DNA of 47,059 nt. Source: a virus. Taxonomy: Duplodnaviria > Caudoviricetes. This document shows, piece after piece, positions 1 to 11,527 of the stretch. Numbering within the stretch: position 1 is the stretch's first letter; every line of letters starts with the position of its first letter. The notes under the pieces were generated by a model. That model worked only from the letters and a program-made list of their open reading frames with translations. It made no database searches and was not told the origin of the DNA. Location of the stretch: positions 1 through 47,059 of IMG/VR virus record IMGVR_UViG_3300033414_000002; one strand, given 5' to 3'. A program made the translations under genes and the position numbers.

Positions 1-310
1 ATTACCGGGGCTGAATGGATGGATTAGGATGAGCCGATAAATTATTATTTTAGCTTATCCACATTTATATCGTGAACCATCTTCGTTATATAGATATTGG
101 CTAAGCAATTTTCCTTTATTTTCATGTTCAGCTTTCTTTTTTGCTTTATCAGATAAATGATGATATTGATATGCTATTCTCATGTCCGCCATTTTATTCA
201 CCTTTTTTGTCGTTTAAATCAGGCCATTCCCGATTCGTTGAAATAAATTATACAGGGAAAAAATAAAATTACAATAACGTAAAGCTTTTATTATCAAATT
301 ATTTTTTAGT

Positions 311-357
311 CATCTATATGTAGTGTCAAATAGCATAGCTAACACTACATATAGTAT
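311..357. promoter_or_regulatory. Tandem NrdR-box-like operators
   Basis: CATCTATATGTAGTGT (311-326) and ACACTACATATAGTAT (342-357) both fit acaCwAtATaTwGtgt; starts are 31 bp apart. Confidence 0.65.
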
Positions 358-573
358 TTGTGCGTCATATATCTATCAAATAAATTTTATATGGGAGCAT
401 CGATTGCGCATGATTATATGATACTTGACAAATATATGTATTGTGTGATAGCATTGTAAAATGAAAAATTTATCTATTAAACCAAGACTTTATAAAACAT
501 TCGGCTATTGGGTTTGCGAGTGTTCGCGTGGGATAATGGGTGTGAGTGATGATTTGAAGGAGGCGTTTAATAT

Positions 574-1029
574 ATGGCGGAGCCAAGCAAGCAATTAAAA
601 CTAACGCCTAAGCAAGAAGCTTTTTGTCAGGCTATATTCAATGGCATGACTCAAGTAGACGCTTATAGAAAGGCATACGATGCTGAAAATATGCAGCCAG
701 CAACCATCTATAAACGCGCTCATGAATTAATCAATACAGGCCCAATCTCGGGCAGATTACGGGAATTGTACGACGATCTACAAGAGCGTACATTATGGAG
801 CAAGGAAGAAGCGTCAAACGTGCTTAAAAGCATTATCTATCGAACAGCCATAGGCGAGAATGGGCAAATCTATTTTTGCGCTCAAGACAAGGATATTGTT
901 GCAGCCACAAAAGAGTTAAATGCAATACATGGCATCAATGCCCCATCCAAAACAGAAATCACCGGCAAAGACGGCGCACCTTTAGGATTAGCTGAGTTTT
1001 ATGGACAAAGCTCAACAAGCAAGCCTTAA
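574..1029 (+). CDS. terS: Terminase small subunit
   Basis: LTPKQEAFCQ..AYRKAY HTH start and EITGKDGAPL tail; overlaps terL; GGAGG RBS. Confidence 0.9.
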   Translation: MAEPSKQLKLTPKQEAFCQAIFNGMTQVDAYRKAYDAENMQPATIYKRAHELINTGPISGRLRELYDDLQERTLWSKEEASNVLKSIIYRTAIGENGQIYFCAQDKDIVAATKELNAIHGINAPSKTEITGKDGAPLGLAEFYGQSSTSKP

Positions 1030-2380
1030 TCCAGTATTAAAAGACTTTTGGCTTGAGCCAGCCCGTAACCGTGTTTTGTACGGTGGGCGTTCTTCATCTA
1101 AATCTTGGGATGCAGCCGGTTTTGCTATATTCCTGGCGCAAATGTGCAAAATAAGATTCCTTTGCGCTAGACAGTTCCAAAATAAAATCTCTGAATCAGT
1201 CTATACCCTCCTTAAAATCCAGATTGAACGGTTTGGATTACAATCTAAATTCCGTATATTAGACAACCGTATCATTTGCACCACTACCGGCAGTGAATTT
1301 TTATTCTATGGATTGTGGCGCAATATTGACGAAGTAAAGTCTCTTGAAAGCATAGATATATGCTGGCTCGAAGAAGCGCACAATATAACCAAAGAACAAT
1401 GGGACATACTTGAGCCTACAGTACGTAAACAAGGATCACAATTCTGGATTATCTTCAATCCAAAACTAGCCACTGACTTTGTTTATAAGCGATTCGTTAT
1501 CAATCCACCGCCTGATACAGTTGTTAGATTAATCAATTACATTGATAATCCATTTTTAAGCGATACCATGCTTAAGATAATAAACAACGCCAAGGAAGAA
1601 GATAAAGACGAGTACGAACATATTTATCTAGGTGTTCCGCGCAGTGATGACGGGCAATCAATCATTAAACGCTCGTGGATCATGGCGTCAGTTGATGCAC
1701 ATAAAACACTAGGTATTGAAATAAGTGGAGTGCGTAACATAGGCTTTGACGTTGCCGACGATGGCGATGATAAATGCGCTATGGTTGAGTCTTATGGTTC
1801 ACTTGCGCTATGGTCTGATCTATGGAAAGGCAAAGAGGATGAGCTTTTAAAATCCTGTACTCGCGTTTGGTCATCAGCTAGAGAAAAGAATACATCTATT
1901 ACTTACGATGCTATCGGTGTTGGTGCTGGGTCTGGTGGTAAGTTTAACGAACTAAATGAAGCCAATAAAACAAACATCAAACATAAAAAGTATTTTGCAG
2001 GTGGGCAACCATCCCCACCCGATACCTTTTATGCTGATACTAGGATAAAGAACCGTGACTTTTTTAGTAATATTAAGGCTCAGTCTTGGTGGTTAGTTGC
2101 TGATAGATTTAAGAATACTTACAATGCAATCAATAACGGTCATCAATTCAAAGACGATGAACTGATTTTTATTGATAGTAATATGCCAAACTTAGAAAAG
2201 TTAATAGACGAGCTAACAACGCCTAAAAAAGACTTTGACGCTAACGGAAAGGTAAAGGTAGAGGGAAAGAAAGACTTAGCTAAACGTGGTATACAATCCC
2301 CTAACCTTGCAGATGCTTTTATAATGGCGTTTGATAAAACTGGTCTATCTGGCAATGCCACCTTTGAGCGGATGTGGTGA
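1001..2380 (+). CDS. terL: Terminase large subunit (PBSX-like)
   Basis: Walker A GGRSSSKS, Walker B CWLEEA, nuclease GFDVADDGDD and SPNLADA. Confidence 0.95.
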   Translation: MDKAQQASLNPVLKDFWLEPARNRVLYGGRSSSKSWDAAGFAIFLAQMCKIRFLCARQFQNKISESVYTLLKIQIERFGLQSKFRILDNRIICTTTGSEFLFYGLWRNIDEVKSLESIDICWLEEAHNITKEQWDILEPTVRKQGSQFWIIFNPKLATDFVYKRFVINPPPDTVVRLINYIDNPFLSDTMLKIINNAKEEDKDEYEHIYLGVPRSDDGQSIIKRSWIMASVDAHKTLGIEISGVRNIGFDVADDGDDKCAMVESYGSLALWSDLWKGKEDELLKSCTRVWSSAREKNTSITYDAIGVGAGSGGKFNELNEANKTNIKHKKYFAGGQPSPPDTFYADTRIKNRDFFSNIKAQSWWLVADRFKNTYNAINNGHQFKDDELIFIDSNMPNLEKLIDELTTPKKDFDANGKVKVEGKKDLAKRGIQSPNLADAFIMAFDKTGLSGNATFERMW

Positions 2381-2650
2381 TTATTTATTAATCATTTGTT
2401 TCCAATACGTCTAGTACAGAAATTAGCTAACTCACGGCAATGAGTAGACCAATCTCCTCCAGTTTCTCTCGCTGCATGGTTTAATGAAAATGCAGCTTGC
2501 TCCCAGTCACCATCAACAATAGCTGAATAAGCTATTTTTATACGCATTGATTGTTCATATGGAGCAGTTAATAATAGTTCAATTGCTGCTTTCATTTCAT
2601 TTCACCTTTCATCTATTAGTTATCTGGCTAGAAGTTAGCCAGTGATTAGA

Positions 2651-2678
2651 ATTATACAGAGTTTGTTATTAAATGCAA
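2651..2678 (-). promoter_or_regulatory. Sigma70-like promoter (repeated class)
   Basis: TTGCAT-16-TATAAT. Confidence 0.75.
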
Positions 2679-2945
2679 GCGTTTATTATCCAGTTACCAA
2701 ACAAGAACCACGCGGAACTACGTTAACACTAACGCAAGCATCAAAATGAAACTGTTGTTTTTCTTTGATAGATAGATTTTCGTAATCTTCGATAGACATC
2801 TGTTTTTCGTCCAGTAGCGCGTAATATGCTACGCGAACCAAGAATTTTTGTTGTCTTTTCAGTCTGCTGATAATTGGGTTCATTTTTTTCATGTTATTCA
2901 CCTTTTTTGTTGTTGGTCTAGGACAATTCCTAAACCTCGAAAATA

Positions 2946-2973
2946 ATTATACACAACTGAATAATAAATGCAA
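2946..2973 (-). promoter_or_regulatory. Sigma70-like promoter (repeated class)
   Basis: TTGCAT-16-TATAAT. Confidence 0.75.
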
Positions 2974-4079
2974 GCATTTATTGCACTGACGCAGACTCAA
3001 CATATTTTTTGTATTCATCCGCTGATTTGATGTAATCATCTGAAAAATCAGTTCCATTAAGATCATCATCTATTATTTTTGCTATAGCATCTATCGCCGA
3101 TTGTGATAATTCCTTACCAGTATAATGACGTTGACATGCGTTTGCCATTTTCGCCGCTTCAATTTCTATATTCATTTTGTTGCACCTTTAATAATTCAAT
3201 AAATAATTAGCAATTCTTCTAATCCAGCAATTACGCTCACGCTCAAACCTTTCCAAAGCTTCCTGGCGAGTGGTTCTTTCGTTTATTATTCTTTGTTTGG
3301 TGTAGTGGTGGGTGGGCATTGTTGTTTATCCTTTAAATATTCTATAAATTTTCAAACTATAACGTATAACCAAGGCTTTTTATCGCTTTTGGCAAAAATT
3401 CCTTGCTCAATTCCTTGCTCAATAGTCCAGCATGATTCATTGTATCCAATATAACAAATACGCTGCATTCTACTAACGCCGAATGGTTCGCCTTTTTCGT
3501 GATTATCTATAAACTTTTGTATGTTTTCATTATGACGCTGTTCAATGTTCATATATAACCTAAAAATAATTATTTAACCATCCACTGTTCAGAGTTCCAG
3601 TGAAATTTAAAAGTAAATGCGCCTACTTCAATTTCTGGTGAATCAGAATACAAACCTAGATTTTTTGATAGGTACTCGTTTATTTTATCGTCAGTAATAT
3701 AAAAGTAATCATTGTGCATAGTTGATCTGCATCCGCTTTTAAATACTGATTGTATTTTTTGTTCTATGCTTTTTGATAATTTCATTTTATCCATCCTTTA
3801 TTTTGTCGTTTTGTTAACTCGCCGCCATTCTACCGGCCTGATTGATTTATTTGATGATTAAACCAGCAATTTTGTTTAATTCATCGTCAGGCATAAATGC
3901 CAATTTAAAAAACATATCGACAGAATCAAACGCTTTTTGTTCTGAGAACAGATTTTGTTTGCATAGTTCCTTATTGCGTTTTTTATTTTCTTCTGATAGG
4001 TAGTTGATAATTGATTTTATTAAGATTGATCTATCCATTTTATTCACCTTTTCTATATGTTGTTTTTAAAAGTTGAGCT

Positions 4080-4224
4080 ATCTTACCACGTCCAGCAATA
4101 AACGCAAGCATTAATTCAATTATTTTTACTCTGTTTGCTCTATATAAAGAGTGTTGCGCCCAGGTAAAAATATTTTGTTTGTTTGTTATTTTTCGCTTGC
4201 ATTTATTATTTTAAGCGGTACAAT
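4080..4224. promoter_or_regulatory. Divergent promoter pair
   Basis: (-) TTGCGT-16-TAAGAT at 4107-4080 and (+) TTGCAT-16-TACAAT at 4197-4224; both followed by AGCTCAACTT. Confidence 0.75.
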
Positions 4225-4272
4225 AGCTCAACTTAAAAATTTAACTAACTAACAAACATAAAGGCGAATAAG

Positions 4273-4437
4273 ATGAAAACTACAAAATTAAACAACGGCG
4301 TAGTAGTTCTGGCTAAAGAAGATGGCAACGCATTAAAATACGCCAACAACGCACAAGCGACTAAAAAGGCTAACTTATTAGGACTTGAAGTTTATCAAGC
4401 TCCTGTGAGCCGTGTATTTTACATTAAAGCAATATAA
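4273..4437 (+). CDS. Small hypothetical protein (54 aa, not in ORF track)
   Basis: MKTTKLNNGVVVLAKEDG...FYIKAI; first gene after the promoter; AAGGCG RBS. Confidence 0.65.
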   Translation: MKTTKLNNGVVVLAKEDGNALKYANNAQATKKANLLGLEVYQAPVSRVFYIKAI

Positions 4438-6758
4438 GGATAAGACAATGCAAGAATTTAACTTAGAAACAGTATTGGCAACATTCCCACAATTAAAACA
4501 CTTCGGATTAATGGCTATGTGGATTGATGATGGCGAATTATATAGTTCATCTGATTATGATTGGCAAGCGTCAGGCGTAACAGATCATGACATAGCGCAA
4601 GCGTTCGCAGAGGGTAAAATTGAACTGGTTTAAAAGAACAACACGGCAAACGCTAGAGCGAATAGTATTTTATATTGTTCTAACGTTTATGATACTTTGG
4701 CCTTTTTATAGTAGGTTTTGGTAATGATAGGTAAAGGCATATACACAACGAGCCGTATTTTTTCTAAATTACGCGACAATGAAAAAGAACAGATTGCGAT
4801 ATTGTTCAATTCTATACTTGGTAATGCTTGCATAGGCGAACAGAAAGAGCGTGATATTGTCGAACATTTAGTTAATATATTTGGCTTAAAAGATAAAGTT
4901 CATATTGATGAGGAAAAGGAGTAGACAATGGCTAATAAATTTAGATTTAAACAAAAAGTAAAGATTGAATCAAGCAAAAAGGCCGATGGAAGATTTAACT
5001 TTGGCCATGTTGTAGGCATTGAGCTTATTCAAGATGCTTTTTATTTAGGATATAAAAACGAAAGTGAGTATTTACGACGGTTTAGCATGGCACGATACAA
5101 AGTTGCTTACATTGATTGTGTTACAGAACGAGCATGTAATGAATGGTTTGAAGAACATGAATTGGATGTTAAATAATACATTTAACACTTGCAATAAATA
5201 AAAACAAAGCGCACAATGCGTAAAACTTAACTAATAAATGAAAAGGTGGATAAGATGATAATTACAGAAAAGGGCAAATATAGAACATTAAAAGAATTTA
5301 CAGATCGTGGCCCTATATCAATAGGAACCGTATTAGCTGACAGAATAATAGAAATAACTCAAATTGATAAAAATAATCATAAAGTTATTGGGCCTCAACT
5401 GTCTGATTGGATTTATTGGGATTTACCAGTTGAAAAGGTGGATTTATGAAGTATCAAGCCTACATCTACAACCGAGAAAGAATGTCATTAGTTGCTGTCG
5501 TGCATTATGATAATCATGTCGATGAGGCGATAGAGATCCTAAATCGGCTCTATCGTGACACAAACAAGTACGGCATAACAGACGATGAAACATTAGCAAA
5601 GCCAGACGGTAGAGCGCCTAATCTTTATGCGGGGATTGATTGATATGATGACAATAGCAAATGATAATGAAGAACTAATCAATGACTTTTATAAAAAGCT
5701 TGCTTATTACGATGAATCATTTATTGCAAAATGTGAAAAATCAGGCATGACACAACAAGAAACTTGCAGTGCATTATTGAGTGATGTTTTTAGGAATCAC
5801 ATTATTAATAGCATTGTTGATTTGAATAGATTATCAATACAGAGAATAATAAAATGATTAACTATGATGGTATTGACGTTGTTGACTTTGCATATCAAAT
5901 AATTGCAATGCACAAAGAAAATGAAAGACTTCAACAGGAAGTCGAGCATTACAAAAAACTAAATGAAATACACAATTCTACATTAAACAAAATCGATAAC
6001 CACAATAAAGAAATGTGCGGATTGATTTTAACTAATTTATTAAAGGTTGATTAATATGTCAAACATGAGTTATTGCAGATTTGAGAATACATATCGTGAT
6101 TTTATAGATTGCGTAGAAAACATTGACAATAACGATTTAAGTAAATCAGAATCAATATATAGAGAAGGTATTATTAAACTATGCGTAAAAATTGCTCTTG
6201 ATTATGGGCATGAGGTTGGTCGTCCTGTTGTTTATGTCAAGTAATTAACACTTGCATAAATACATAGCCAATGCGACAATAAGGCGTGTTTTTAATAAAT
6301 GAATAGGAATAAATAAAATGAGCATAGAAAGAGAATTATTGAAGCAGGCGCTTAATATTGTTGACAAGGCCGGGAAAGGAATTTTAACAATGGGAGAATC
6401 TCTAGCATTTTATGAAAAAATTGAACGTGAACTTTCCAAGCCTAATCCTGAGCCGATTGCCTTTCTTAGAGATGATGGTGACGGTTACTTTGAATTCACA
6501 TCGCACGATGATGAATTAGGATATCCAGTATATAAATGAATCACTTTTGGTACAGTGAGCAACAATCAAAGCACTTTGCATCTAACAACAAGATGCAAGT
6601 ACATGACGGCGCATTTAAGAAGCATTATGCGCTAATCAATGGGCATACAACGCTTTACACAACAATGAACGCTACAGATAAGAAAACATGCCTATTTTAC
6701 GATGATAGCGTATATTTAGGCGCTGGTACTTATTCGCATAGTGATGGGGTTTGGTAAA

Positions 6759-7067
6759 ATGAAAATTAAAATAAAGAAACAAGAGCAAATAGAAATAATA
6801 ATGGACATTGAATTTCCATATTACTATAAGCAAGACTTATATTCCGATTGGCATGATTCAATAATATACGGTAAAATCGAACAAAATAAATGCACCTAAA
6901 TACAAATATATAAAGAATTTAGTAGCGATGATATAACGATAGAAATAGAAGTTGAGCATAGACCGGCTGAAACTCTTGGATGTTATTTTACTGATGAATA
7001 TAAAAGCAATGAAGAAGAGTATTTAAAAGCTAAAGATATTGCAATTAGTGTTATTAATGAGTGCTAA
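6759..7067 (+). pseudogene. 102-codon ORF interrupted by in-frame TAA (6897-6899)
   Basis: MKIKIKKQEQ...NKCT*IQIYKEF...VINEC fills the gap between its neighbours exactly. Confidence 0.7.
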
Positions 7068-7219
7068 TATGAAAGAAGAAATAATCGAATTGATTAAACT
7101 AATTTTTGTGATTGCTATATTTTTATCAATTGTGTGTTCTATTGCATTTTTTATTAGTAATGGAATAGACTACCACACAAAAAAAATTGTTAATAATGAG
7201 CTTAACGAGAGACTAATAA

Positions 7220-7390
7220 ATGAGTGAAATTAAAGAAAAGAAAACAGGACCAGGCCGCCCAACAAAAGACACAGTTGGTGTAGACATTCGCATAGAACGA
7301 TGGTTAGATGAAAAGGTACGGGCAGAGGGTAAGCCTACAGTTGTGATTGATAGGGCGTTGAGGGCTTATTATGGGGTTAAAGATGTTTAA
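7220..7390 (+). CDS. Small DNA-binding protein (GRP motif, ribbon-helix-helix-like)
   Basis: MSEIKEKKTGPGRPTKDTVGVDIRIERWLDEKV...; overlaps neighbouring genes. Confidence 0.55.
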   Translation: MSEIKEKKTGPGRPTKDTVGVDIRIERWLDEKVRAEGKPTVVIDRALRAYYGVKDV

Positions 7391-8792
7391 TATTATTAAA
7401 AAATATGCTGTGTTTGTAGTAATTGGAGCATTACTTGGATATGCTAAGCTGTGGGCTTTTGATTGGCTTTATTGGGCATGGTTTATACCAATATTAACAT
7501 TAATTTATGTTAGGGATTCAGTTATGATTGATGAGGCTATGAAAAATGAAAACATTTGATGAGTGGTTTGAAGAGAATTATGGTTGTCTTGATATGCTAG
7601 GAACAAGAGAATCAGAAAAGAATGAAGCTAAAAAAATATGGCAAGCCGCCCAAGAAGTTCAGCGGGAGAGTGATGCTGATTTGGTTGAAAAAGAATTTTC
7701 TTTTGTAGAAGAATATGACCCTAGCGATGGTTTTATTTTAGCTGAACAAATACGCAACAATAAGGCATCATAATATGTTTGAATTAATTTGTAGTAATTT
7801 TTATTTATCTTTTTTTTTATGGTGGTTAATTGGGTTTTTATTGGCTTTGTTTGGAATAAGAACTAAGCGCAATGGAACGACTCTATCTGATATTTTATTT
7901 GCTGTACCGTGTGGAATTATTGGGTTATTTGCTATTATTCCGTTTTTTATTGTTAATGATATTGATTTTTTTAATAAGAGATTATTTTAATGAAACTACT
8001 AAAAAACCAACAAGAATTTGAAGAGTGGAAGTTTACATATTGCATTAATGGATTAATAACACCAAAAAATTTTCCATGCTATGTTTATTATAAATCGCCA
8101 GAATGGACTAATAAAGGAGATTACATTATTGATTATTTATATCATGATGATGTAGATAAAATGTATTGTTCAATACATGGATATAGCGGTCATAAACGAA
8201 TAAGACACGCCACTCATTTGAGCGAAAAAGAACTAGAATTATTATTATATTATGATGGTCACAATCCACACCCAAGGCCGACAACTCCTAATGAATGTGA
8301 TATTATTGATAAGTTGATAGGTAATAATTTAATATGTCCATGTGGCAATACATATTTAAGGACAAAAAAAGGATATTCTTTTATTAATAGGCTGATGAAT
8401 AAAAAAGAAAATAGGAGTGATCAAAAAATGCAAAGTAAGTCAAAAAAAATAGAACTAATTGATCGTATTTTATTTTTTGCTGACAGATTAAAAGATAAAT
8501 TATAGTTTACGCAACGGTTAAAGTTAAAACACCATGAGTCCATCAGATTTAGAAGTATTAATACATTATCATTGTTTTCCGCTAAAGCATCCAAGATGTA
8601 ATGCTCCTGCAGTTATTCAAGCAATAAAAATGTTTTTACGTGATGAAATAATTAAAGAATGCGAAAATGATTCAGGATATACAACCACAGAAAAAGGCCG
8701 CGCATGGGTAAAAATGATACTTTCAACGCCATATCCAACTCAGCAATGGGTTGATGATAAAGGCAATGTGATTAATAATTGAGAGCTTATAA

Positions 8793-9062
8793 ATTAATTT
8801 AAAAGAAACAAAAGGATATACGTTATGGTTATTAAGAACATTATTTATTGGTTGGATTATTATAAACATTATTAATATAACTTATTACAATTCATCTATG
8901 GGGCGAGACGATTCAGACCAACAAGGCTGGTTTATGATGCGAAGCGGACTAGTAATTAAAACAGACTACAAAACAGGATGTCAGTTTTATGAATCTAAAA
9001 ACGGCATATTAACGCCGCGTTTGGACGGGCAGTTAAATCAGTTGGGGTGTCATGGATATTAA
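8793..9062 (+). CDS. Membrane-anchored protein, DUF6440-like C-terminus; 5' start unclear
   Basis: Open frame with a TM segment then TDYKTGCQFYESKNGILTPRLDG; no ATG upstream of the TM segment. Confidence 0.45.
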   Translation: MNLKETKGYTLWLLRTLFIGWIIINIINITYYNSSMGRDDSDQQGWFMMRSGLVIKTDYKTGCQFYESKNGILTPRLDGQLNQLGCHGY

Positions 9063-9301
9063 AGAAGTAGATATAAGTGATATAGACTGGATTTTTAGAA
9101 ATGGTTATTATATTATTACCAATTTACCTATAAAAAGTTTAAAAACATTATTATCATATATTGATAGCGATAGACTTGAAGGAGACGATATTACTAAATA
9201 TTCGCTAATCGTTGCGATTGCTTATAATTATTTGTTAAAAGATGATAAGCAAGGATTTATTGATAGGTGTAGGACATTTCATTATTAATCAGTTGGGGTG
9301 T
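9036..9301 (+). repeat. 15-bp direct repeat flanking ORF 9052-9288
   Basis: AATCAGTTGGGGTGT at 9036-9050 and 9287-9301. Confidence 0.85.
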
Positions 9302-9565
9302 AAAGATGAAAAATAAACTAATTAGTATCGCTAATAAACTTAAAGGAAAGCGATTGATATGGACTAAGTTTTTTAGGTTGTATTGCGATGGTGGACAGAC
9401 AAGATTCAGATTAATGCCAAACTTTACTAGGCAATATTATAGAAGATGCCTGGGAATGTATGGATTTTGCGTTTATTGGATTGGAAGAGAGTTTAATTTT
9501 AGTTTTGGCGTTGATAATAGTGGTTTTTATGAAATAAAATAAACAAAAGTGTCACTTAAAACTAT

Positions 9566-9592
9566 AACCGGCCTAGTGTCGGTTTTTTATTG
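9566..9592 (+). terminator. Intrinsic terminator
   Basis: AACCGGC-CTAGT-GTCGGTT followed by T-run. Confidence 0.7.
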
Positions 9593-9613
9593 AATAAAAA
9601 ATCATGAATAAAA

Positions 9614-9970
9614 ATGGCATTAACAAAACAACAAAGACAAGAACTACATAGCAAATATAACGGCAAGTGCGCTTATTGCGGATGTGATATAACATTAAAA
9701 GAAATGCAAGCGGATCATATTAAGCCTATATATCGTAACTGGGAAGATGGCGAAGTTAATAGTGATAGGCGTGGAATTGATGATATATCAAACATGAATC
9801 CATCGTGTGCGCCATGCAATAGGTGGAAATCCGTTTATACAATAGAAGAATTTAGAAAAGAAATAAGTTTACAGTATGAAAGGCTATTAAAAATCAGTGC
9901 TGGTTTTAGAATGATTGATAGATATGGAATTATAAGCAATAAGGTTGAACCTGTTGTATTTTATTTTTAA
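9614..9970 (+). CDS. HNH endonuclease
   Basis: CAYCG..DHIKP..N.PSCAPCN. Confidence 0.9.
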   Translation: MALTKQQRQELHSKYNGKCAYCGCDITLKEMQADHIKPIYRNWEDGEVNSDRRGIDDISNMNPSCAPCNRWKSVYTIEEFRKEISLQYERLLKISAGFRMIDRYGIISNKVEPVVFYF

Positions 9971-10057
9971 ATGTAATTATGTGTTTATTACATATAATTG
10001 CACTTTTTACTTGACAATGATATAGTATTATGAATTACATATCATTTGGGCAATATC

Positions 10058-11527
10058 ATGTCAAGCAATATAGCAAAACCGAGTAAAAGATATTTAGAAT
10101 TAGAAGAAGAAAGGGATTTATCAAGAACTTTAAAGGGAGGAACAAAAGCAATGATGGAGGCAGGCGAGAAGTATATGCCCCGTCATCCCGCCGAAGAACC
10201 TGACAACTATAAAGTCAGACTTCAAAGTACAACTCTTTATAATGGTTATGCGTCCAGCCTTTTAAAAGCCGCAGGGAAAATATTTGCTAAACCTGTCACA
10301 GTAAATTCAGACGTTCCAGATCAATTATTGCCCATACTGGACAATATCGACGGTCAAGGTCGCAATATAACGTTATTTCTATTTGATGTATTATTAAGTG
10401 CTGAATATGACGGTATTGATTTTGTATTTACTGACTATACGTCTATTGAACAACCCGCCGAAGATAAGCCGCCATTAACCGCCTTGGACGTTAAGAATAT
10501 GGGCGCAAGACCTACCGTTATTTTATACGGTGCTGAACAAGTAATAGGATGGGAGTCAGAAAATATAAATGGTGTACAGACATTAACATGTGTGCGCATT
10601 AAAGAATGCGTAACAGAACAAGGTGAAGATGAATGGACAGAAAAAGAAGTTGAGCAGATAAGGGTTTTGCGTCCTGGATCGTATGAAATATGGCGCAAGA
10701 CCGATCAAATAGGAAATATTGCAGTTGATTGGTATTTATATGATAGCGGGATAACTGCCCTTAATTATATCCCATTACACCCATACTACACTAATCGAAC
10801 TGGATATTTCGAGGGTTTGCCGCCGTTTCAAGCACTAGCTGAACTTAACAAGCAGCATTGGAATAGCTCTAGTGAGCAGGTGCAAGCATTAACATTTGCC
10901 CGTTTTGCCATGATGGTGTTTAGCGGATTACAACCTGATGACAAGATCGGCAAAGTAGGGCCTAATCAGATTATTCGTTTGCCCAACTCTGATAGTAAAT
11001 GGGGGTTGATTGAGACAGCCGGTAAAGGTATCGAAGCTGGTCGGCAGGATATTGAAGATATAGAAAAGCGCATGTTATCATCCGGGATGACCGCCAGAGT
11101 TGAGACTAAAGCAGGAGTAACAGCTACCGCTTCGGCCATTGATAGCAAAGATGCTGACAGTATATTGATGGCATGGGCTACCGCATTAGAGGATTTAATG
11201 CAGTCAGTTTTACAGGATATGGCTAATTATGAGGGATTAAAATCAGGCGGCACAATCGAAGTCAATAAGTCTTTTGCAATGGATAAGCCAGAGGGGAGTG
11301 CAGCGGATTTATTGGATAGCTTTAATTCAAATGCTATATCGCACGAAACATATCTAAATGAGATAAAAAGGCGTGATATTTTGTCGGATAGTGTTGATGT
11401 TTTGGAAGAATTAGCAAGGATTAAGGAAGAAGCAGACCTATTGCTATCTATGCAAAAAGAACAACAACAGCCGCCAAACCCGTATAATGTAGATATTTCA
11501 AATAAACCGGATACAATGGTGTCATAA
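10058..11527 (+). CDS. Portal protein (DUF4055-type)
   Basis: GGTKAM..AGEKYMP..E..Y..RL..T.LYN N-terminus, PP...LAELN..H; size and position. Confidence 0.88.
   Translation: MSSNIAKPSKRYLELEEERDLSRTLKGGTKAMMEAGEKYMPRHPAEEPDNYKVRLQSTTLYNGYASSLLKAAGKIFAKPVTVNSDVPDQLLPILDNIDGQGRNITLFLFDVLLSAEYDGIDFVFTDYTSIEQPAEDKPPLTALDVKNMGARPTVILYGAEQVIGWESENINGVQTLTCVRIKECVTEQGEDEWTEKEVEQIRVLRPGSYEIWRKTDQIGNIAVDWYLYDSGITALNYIPLHPYYTNRTGYFEGLPPFQALAELNKQHWNSSSEQVQALTFARFAMMVFSGLQPDDKIGKVGPNQIIRLPNSDSKWGLIETAGKGIEAGRQDIEDIEKRMLSSGMTARVETKAGVTATASAIDSKDADSILMAWATALEDLMQSVLQDMANYEGLKSGGTIEVNKSFAMDKPEGSAADLLDSFNSNAISHETYLNEIKRRDILSDSVDVLEELARIKEEADLLLSMQKEQQQPPNPYNVDISNKPDTMVS

Larger units (their letters stand above)
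2392..4047 (-). other. Leftward cluster of small hypothetical CDSs (2392-2595, 2686-~2892, 2978-3175, 3352-3552, 3570-~3785, 3847-~4038)
   Basis: Consecutive 60-75 aa ORFs with AAGGTG/AAGGA RBSs, several with their own promoter. Confidence 0.75.
4448..9542 (+). other. Rightward cluster of about 20 small hypothetical CDSs
   Basis: Tightly packed or overlapping 60-170 aa ORFs; some hydrophobic (7069-7227, ~7383-7559, 7775-7990); internal promoters at 5189 and 6252. Confidence 0.75.
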
